The position numbers were made by a program, and so were the translations under genes. Source: Deltaproteobacteria bacterium TL4 (GTDB lineage Bacteria > SAR324 > NAC60-12). Taken from it: a DNA stretch of 64,000 nucleotides. Of the stretch, positions 53,901-62,900 are shown one piece after another (within the stretch, counting starts at the first letter, position 1; every line of letters starts with the position of its first letter). The notes below the pieces were generated by a model. That model worked only from the letters and a program-made list of their open reading frames with translations, was not told where the DNA came from and did not search any database. The stretch lies in NCBI GenBank assembly GCA_051382335.1, contig JBBCAX010000090.1, positions 2,075 through 66,074 on the forward strand, given 5' to 3'.

Positions 53901-56900
53901 AAACGCTATTGGAATCTGTAAAGACCAACTGCTCCAACTGGAACAAGGGGTTATTCCCCCAATTCGTAATAATAATTTTATCCTCAGTGTTTTTGACCCT
54001 GATTTCCAAAGTGTTTTGAATTTGGACAAACTCCAGCTCTTCAGGAGCAATGCCCTGTAATTCCAAAGTGTCGAAACCCGAATTTTCTGAAATCGTATCC
54101 TGACCATCTCCTCGACGGAAGACATAGGTGTCGTTTCCAGTACCTCCAGACAAACGGTCATTTCCTTCATATCCAATAAATCGTTCATTTCCTGAAGTTC
54201 CTTGAAGAGCCTCATCTCCAACGTCTCCTTCCACCAAAATATCTTTAGGAAAATCTTCTGAGTGAACCATGGTTTTTCCTTCATCAAATATTAATTGATC
54301 AATTTTATAACTGGCGCCCGCAAAGTGATTTTCTATGAGAAGTTGATCATCACTATTTTCAAACTCAATGATTAAATCGTCTATACGTCTTCTGAACTTT
54401 AAATCCTCATAACGTAGTCCTTTACCAAATTGAATCACATCCTGTTTTAGAGGATTTGCCATATCATTTATAATCCGATCTTGCCCATCCCCACGATTGA
54501 ATAGGTATGTGTCAGAACCTTCATATCCTCTTAAAACGTCATTCCCTTGTCCTCCGCTCAGAACTTCGTCTTGAGCACTTCCTAAAAGCAGATCATCTCC
54601 GTCAAACCCTTCCACTGTTCCTGAAATATCCGCATGGTCGATTGCCTCCAATGTTCGAACCTCTCCTCCAGGAAACAGCAATTCTTCCACACGGTATTGC
54701 GCGTTTTCATAATACTTCAACAAACGCACTTGATCTGCAGTTCCTTTCAACTGAATGATTAAATCCTTATCGCTTCGAATGAGTTGTAATTCGTCAAAGC
54801 CAATGCCTTTAAATTCAATCCGGTCGATCGCGTTTGAATCTTCGCTTTCCAGGAGGGTGTCTTGTCCCATCCCTCTTTGAAATACGTAGGTGTCCGATCC
54901 TGTGCCCCCTTCCAAACGATCCTCGCCGCTATCGCCCTGAAGAATATCATCGCCTTCTCCACCCAACAGTGTGTCGTCTCCGCTGCCTCCGTATAAACGA
55001 TCATTTCCGGCTTGGCCATCCAGTGTGTCCTGACCTTCGTAGCCTAAGATTTGATCATCGTGGTCGGTGCCCGTTATAACATTGTTCTTCTCATCACCTT
55101 GCAGTAAATCCACTGTCCCGGCAATAGCGATAGCGTCTTTAATTGCGGCAAACGCATCCTCTAAACCTGCGTCCTCAACCGCTCTGTTGACGTTGGTGTC
55201 TATGCCGGAAGTCTGGAGTATGGAAGCCTCTTTTTCAATGGCGGAATAGGTAAAAGCAAACTGAATCACCTCAAAAGGATGGCTCCAGGCGTACCAGTTT
55301 TTAATGGTAACCGAGGCGGGCGGGAGCATTTCCCACTGACTATTCGGATGGAGCGTTTCGATGACCTCAATCTTTAGATCATCACCCAAACGTTGAAATT
55401 GTAATTGGCTGGAAAGAATCAGGTCCCCGAAATACAAGGTGTTTTTGAGATCGGTTGGAACTTCTATAATCGTATCATTCCCCTCCCCCCGATTGAGGTA
55501 ATAAGTGTCTTTTCCGCTGCCGCCTTCCAACTGATCATCGCCTTCTCCCCCAAAGATTCGATCGGCTCCCGCTCCTCCAAAAATCTGATCGTGTCCGCTT
55601 CCGCCTTCCAAATGATCGCTGCCTTCGCCCCCTAACAACACATCGTTTCCGGAACCGCCGTCCAGCATGTCACTCGAACCTCCGCCATCCAGAAAATCGT
55701 TTCCGCCTTGACCCACCAGCACATCGCTTCCAAATTTTCCTGTAATGTGATCTTTTGCGTCTGAACCCATTAAAACATCAGCGTCCTCGGTTCCTTCAAG
55801 ATTCCAGGTTCTTTCCGCCAAATCCGCGTGATTCCAGATCGTGCCATTTTCAAACGCGATCCACTCCACCCGCGTTTCTTCAAAATTTGAAAGTCCATTG
55901 ATGAGGATTACTTGATCATCGGTTTCCTCAAGGCGGAGGATCAGATTATTTCCTTCACGGGTGATCGCAACCTCTTCTGGATGGATTCCCACTCCAAAAC
56001 GTAAGGTCTCATGTCCTTGCGTATCCAAGAGTACATCCTTGCCATCTCCTCGGTTGAACAGATAAACATCATCTCCGTCTCCACCTCTGAGTTGATCATC
56101 GCCTGTACCGCCAAATAGATGATCCGCTTGATCTGAACCGTAAATTTGATCATCTCCGGAACTTCCATGAATTTCGATGGAATCCCCGATTAACTGCCCC
56201 TCCTTCCAGATCACCCCATTGTCAAAACGCAGCTCCTCAACCCTTGCTTCCTTTTGAGCAAGCCACCCTTTCAGCGTGATTTGATCCCCACTATTTCCTG
56301 CATGGATCACCAAATCGTTAACCACTCGCTGTAGCTTGACTTGCTCTGGGGAAATCCCTTTGAGTTCTATCGCCTTTTTATTGTCTCCAGTTTCTATAAC
56401 AACCTTCTGTCCCGCTCCGGCTTCAAAAATGTAGACATCGCTTTCTTCTTCCTCGCTTGGAAGCTCATTGCCCTCCTCCTCCTCTTCACTTCCAGATTCC
56501 TCCCCTTCTGTTCCCTCAAGGGACTGCTCTGCGATTGTCTCAAAATTCAGAATACTGCTGTCCTCCAGTTCAATCCGTTCCAAGGGAGGTTTGTTTTCGC
56601 TGAACCATCCCTGAATGGTTATTTGATCAGCAGAGTCCTGCACGTTTATCAATAAATCCTGTCCGTCATTAACTCTGGAAAACACCAACCGGGATGCTGT
56701 AATTCCAGGACCCAGTTTCAAGGTGTCAACCCCTTCATCGCTCTTTTCAATAATCAGATCCTGACCATCTCCCTGGTTGAAAAAATAGACATCATCCCCT
56801 GAACCTCCAGCCAGAATGTCATTCCCTTCTTTTCCATAAAAACGCTCATTTAAATCACTGCCCAAAATGACATTATCGTCTTGAGTACCAATGACCTTCA

Positions 56901-59900
56901 AATCCTGAAGCAGATCACGCAAAGTCATTGGCTCATGACCATAAAGTTGAAGCTGTTCAATGGTTCCCGCTTCAGCTTGTGTGTGCTCCCCCCAGACATC
57001 TCCTGTGGGTGCCCACCAGTTATGGACCACAATTTGATCCCCTTGATCTCCAATGGCTATTTGCAGGTGAAATTTGTCAAACTGATGCAATTCAATATCA
57101 GGGGGATCCTCCAATAATTTGACTTCTTGAACCCGTTCAGTGACACGTCTGAAGGTTAAATCGGTTAATGAGATATTTTCAGAAAATTTTAAGGTATCCC
57201 TCTCACCTTCCTGATCAGGAACTTCAGCCAAGAAATCCAGTCCATCCCCTTGACGATAAATGAAAACATCCGCGCCTTTTCCTCCCTGAATCAAATCATG
57301 TCCTTGTCCCCCGTCCAGAATGTCGTTCCCCTCGCCCCCGGAAAGGATGTCATGCCCCGAGCCTCCTTCCAACTCATCATTTCCGAGATCTCCCGAAAGA
57401 ACGTCATCCCCTTCACCGCCAAATAGCTGATCTTGTCCGCCTCCACCATATAACTGATCGGCTCCATCCAGTCCGTGAACTTCTTCATCCTGCGCGTTCC
57501 CCATGTAGGTGGAATCGCCTGCGGCATTGAACTCTGGAATCAAAAAAGGTTGTAATGAAATAGAAAAATCAGTGTCATTCTCGGGTAAATCCTCCCACTG
57601 ACGGACACTGCCCAAATACAGATCCCGCTGTAGCCAATCTCTTAAGATCATGGTGTGTTGAACAAAAGCAGCGGGAGGGTTCGCTTGAATTTTTTCTTGA
57701 ATGAGCAAATGTCCATTTTCTAGCTGATAATCAAATGCTGAGGAATCCTTGACACTGAGAGTCAGTACCGGAGTTTGGTTGGGGTCAAGGGTGGAACCAT
57801 CGGCAAATTGAAGTATCTCCGGTCGGAAGTAAGGTTGTTCAAACCAGCCTTCCAGGGTAATGCGGTCGTCAGAACCAATGAGCTGGATGATCAAATGCTG
57901 GCCTTGACGTAAAAATACCAGGTGATCCGCGTCAATGCCTGCTTTAAAACTTACGGTGTCAAAAGCAGACGCGTCCAGATTTCGCACAACGTCCTGTCCA
58001 CTGCCTCTGCCGAATAAATAAACATCCTCTCCCAAGCCGCCGGATAAAATGTCGTTTCCTGCACCGCCATCCAACAGGTCATTTCCTTCGCCTCCCAGCA
58101 ACAGGTCATTTCCCTCTTCTCCTCTTAAAATGTCATTACCGGAGCCTCCGTCCAGTTGATCCTGGTCCTGTCCTCCCAGCAACGTATCATCCCCACTGTC
58201 GCCGGACAGTACATCATGTCCGCTGCCTCCTTCAAGCTGATCAGAACCCTCTCCTCCTGCCAGATAGTCTGAACCGGAACCCCCAAAAAGACGATCATTC
58301 CCAGTCTCACCATAAAGTGAATCCGCACCGGAACCTCCTGCCAAATGATCATCTCCGCTTCCCCCGTAAAGAGCATCACTGCCGCTGCCTCCGCTTAACT
58401 GATCATTCCCTGAACCTCCGTAGAGCTGATCCTTTCCAGAACCACCCTCCAGAATGTCGTCCCCTTCACCTCCAAACAGGAGATCAGCCCCCACACCTCC
58501 GTTGTATTGATCCGCACCCTCTGTACCTTCCCAACGCTCATGCTGACTGTCCGGTACAAGCAACTCTCCCAGCATCCCGACGTTGACCGCTCGTAAATCA
58601 ATCACCGTTCCGTCTGCAAGAATCGCCTGCTCAAGCTGTGCGTCTTCTGTCACAAACCAATCCCGAATAATGAGCTGATCCTGTCCGTTCTCAGTCTCGC
58701 CTTCAAGACCTGAAATTTGAAGCACCAAATGGTTTTTATACCTTAAAAATTGTAAGGCTTCCTGCTTGATTCCAAGTCCCAATTGCAGGGTGTCTTTTCC
58801 ATAAACGTCTTCAATGAAGTCCGTTCCGTCTCCGCGATTGAACAGATAAATATCATCGCCCGATCCGCCTTTAAGTGTGTCGGTGCCTTGACCACCAATC
58901 AAAACATCAGCACCCGATCCGCCTTCAAGAACATCATCATCGGCTCCCCCTTCCAAAACATCTTCTCCGGAGCCCCCTAATAAATGGTCTGCCCCTTCAC
59001 CCCCCAAAAGATCGTCATTCCCCCTCGAACCTTCCAACAGGTCATCACCAGCACCGCCTTCCAGAATATCCTTACCTCCCGCGCCAAAAAGAGTATCATC
59101 GCCCTGACCTCCCATCAGATGATCCGCACCGTCAACAACCTGATATTTGGGAGCCCATAAATATTCAGAACTTCCATCAGGAATAACATCATGTGAACCG
59201 CTCAGGATGACATCGTCCCCCTCTCCGCCATCAACCCGATTGGAACCGCCTCCGGCCTCAACAATATCGTCCCCTTGACCCGCGGAAATGTCTTTTGCGA
59301 CCTCATTGGTGTAATAAAGCGCTTCGTCATGATCCGCGCCTCGAATTACAACCCGTTCCAGTAACTGCTCATTGATCACTCTGGCACTGATGGAACTACC
59401 GTCATTAAACACAAATTTTTCAATTTCATTTTCAGGATCATTGAACCATTGACTGATCGCCAACTTGTCATCAAGACCTTCAAACTCAATGATCAAATGA
59501 TCCCCGTTTTTACGGAATTTGATTTTGTCCGCGGAAAATCCTGCTCCAAAAACAACCTGATCCCGACCTTCAACATCGTAAATCGTGTTCCTCCCATCCC
59601 CCGCTTTGAAGTGATAGGTATCCGCCCCCTCACCTCCTGAAAGGTAGTCATTCCCCTGCCCACCAATGAGCGTGTCATCTTCTTCGTAACCTCTGAGTAA
59701 TTCCGCTTGATCGCTGCCTTGAATCACTCTGGCTGAGGCTTCGATTTCCGCTTGACTCAGCGTGGTGTTGTCACTGAAGCTGAGGTGATCCAGCCGTGAG
59801 CGTTTAACTCCATAAATGTCAGGTTTATACCATTCCTGAACCACCACCTGATCCTGACTGTTTTGAATCCGGATGATCAAATCCCACCCTGAACGCCTGA

Positions 59901-62900
59901 AGAGGAGGTCCGAACGACTGATCTGGTCCCCGAAACGAAGCTCATCCTGACCGGAGGAGTTGTCTTCATTAAGAATTAAATCCTGTCCATCGCCCAGGTT
60001 GAATTGATAAACATCACTTCCCCGACCGCCTCTTAAGGTATCGTCGCCTTTGCCGCCAATCAGCGTATCGTCGCCTGAACTTCCATCGAGATCATCGGTG
60101 CCCTCTCCGCCATGTAAATAATCATCCCCGGCTTTACCAAAAAGTACATCGTTTCCTTCGTTGCCGAACATTTGATCAGCCCGATAGGTGCCAATGAGAT
60201 CCCCCTGTCCAACAAAGAGTTCAACGCCATTGATGACAAGAAGTTCGCCATGCTTGTCTCTTCGGTGATAATCGCTATCAACTGTTCCTTCAATCCGGAT
60301 AAAACGGTCAGTGATTTGGTTGGAGGTCAATTTTTGCTGATCTGAAAATTCCCAGTTTTCAAGCGAATACAATTCGCCTTTGAACCAATCGTTGACCCTG
60401 ATCGAATCGTCTGGAACCCCTTCTTCCAACGCCTTGATACGGGCGATTAAATCAAAGCCGTCTCGTTCAAACTCAACATTTTCAGGATTGATGCCTGCTC
60501 CAAATCTCAACGTATCCACGTTTCCGGCTATTGAGTCCAAATCATGAATGATATCATTTCCATCACCTCGGTTGAAAAGATACACCTCATCCCCACTGCC
60601 GCCATCGAGGACATCATCGCCTGTTCCGCCGGAAATCAAATCATCCCCTGTGCTTCCCTGAAGCAGATCATTTCCTCGTCCGCCATACAGTTCATCGTCG
60701 TCACTGCCTCCGTGCAACCGGTCATCTCCGCTTTCGCCATAAAGCTGATCCTCACCCTGAAGCCCCACTAATTCGTCATTACCCGCGCCTCCCAACAGCA
60801 TGTCGTCCCCTTCTCCCGCGCCAATAAAATCGTCTCCACGCCCCCCATCTGTAAAATCATCTCCTCCCTGGTGGGAAATATATTGATCCAGCTCATCCGC
60901 GACACTTTCTGTTTCTGTAAAGTCATGTTCCTGAAAACCCAATTGCTGTTGTAGGGCTTCGACTTCTTCCTCAGTAGGGCCTTCCACTTCAGGTAATTCC
61001 GCTTTGAGCTTTTCGGTTTCTTCAATCAATACTTCTAACTGCTCATACCGATTTAAAAACTCCAAAAGTTCAGGTAGCGTCACGGAGCCGCCAGCCCTCG
61101 CAAACCCTGCGGTAACTGTTCTGCTGATATCCAGGCTCCCTGTGACAACCGGCGTATGCGTGCTGTATTTTTGGGCGTTCCAATTCGAGATATCCTCAAA
61201 TTGTTCTGCTTTTAAAAGCTCCCGTCCTCGGTCATCTCTCATTAAAGGTGAGTTTGAACCCTCCAAAGAATCAGCGTAAGGATTCACCACCGCGACCTGA
61301 TTTTGCCCTGCTTCGTTTACAGTCGTTTTTAAATCATTTTGAAAGCCTGTGATCGCGCTCATTAAACTTTCATATTGCTGTATCGGTGAGGTGGCCGTTT
61401 TATCATTTAAGTCCAATTCCAAGTTCTTGGCCTCCAAGTCCTTAAATTTAAATCTGGAAACCTCTCCATTTTCACCAAACAGGATTTCATCAAAACTGCC
61501 TTTACCGTCTTGACCAAAATCTTCAACCACGACCTCTTCGTCACCATAACGCCTGAGATTGGTGGGACTGGCCAATATTTTTTCCACTTCCTGATTGTCC
61601 AAAACAAGCTTGAGTCCTCCGCCTTTTTCGTAAAGTGCCAGCCACTCCGGTTGGAATGGATCTTCCCCAACCTCTACTTCACCCGCTGTTCCCGCATCCC
61701 TGGCTTTCAGCGCGGTCTCAACCGCTTTTTCAAACTCACCCAGCATCATTCCCATCACTCGTTTATAGGCTTTTTCTTTTGATGCCAATTCCAAATCCCT
61801 GTTCTGGGTCAAGGCGTAAGCTTCCCGCTCCGCGTCAGTTTCGACGTTGATTTCTGTATCCTGAACCACCCTTTCTTCTTCAAGTTGTCCAGGCTCAGGA
61901 ACTCCCGTTTCTCCCTCCTCACCAAAAGGATTTTCCGCGAACTCATTGCCCCTTTCCGATAAGCCGGCTCCCGATTCAATCGTTTCTAAACTTTTGGCGT
62001 TTAATACATCAGAGTTTTGCTGGAAAAAATCGCTCAAATCCAAATGGTCCAAGTCAAACGTGCCCTGAATTTCGCCTTCCTCTTCCAAAAAATTTTCATA
62101 CCGACTGACCACTTCTTCCCATAAATTCCGCTCTTTTAAAAGCTGATACGCTTTTTCCGGATTGCTAATCTCCGGAAAATATCCGCTTAAACTTTTCAAA
62201 AGATGGGCATAGCGGGTGTCAAAGGATTTTAGAAATTCACTGAGTTCCCCATCCAGCGAAAGGCCGACAGGTTCATATAAATTCGAGGGATCACTTTCCG
62301 AAGACTCCAGCGGAAGTTGCCCCGTTTCAACCCAGGAATAAATAGCCTCAACATCCAGGATTCTGCCATCCCCAAAGGAAATCCGTTCCACTTGATGCGC
62401 TTGTCCGTCGAACCAGTTTCGCACCGTAATCGTATCTACTCCCACAAGCCAATCGTCCATCTCGGCTTCTACTTCCTGGAAATGAGTTTGAGTCTCTTCG
62501 AAAAGATCCTTGGCGTTTTCAACCTGTGTGCTCAATGCTCCAAGAACCTCTTCAGCGTTTTCGATCACCTCTTCCGCATCTTCGACTTGTGAAGTATGAG
62601 CCTCCAAAACGGCTTGAGCTTCCAACACTTCATTTTCTTCCTCTTGAAGCGCGTCTTTTGCGCTTTCCAATTGCAGGGTGCTGATATCCGACTGCTCTTT
62701 GGCGGCCTTGGCAATGTACTCCAATTCATCCAATTCCGCTTGCGCCGCATCCCTCGTTTGATAGGCTTCCTCAAGCAAACTTTCCCGGGTCACTAAATCA
62801 CTTTCCGCCTGAGCACGAACTTCTTCCTGCGCGTCGACCTCGTTTTCCAAGGCCTTCAACCGCTCCATTGAAGCCGCCAGCAATGAGAGTTTTTCACTCA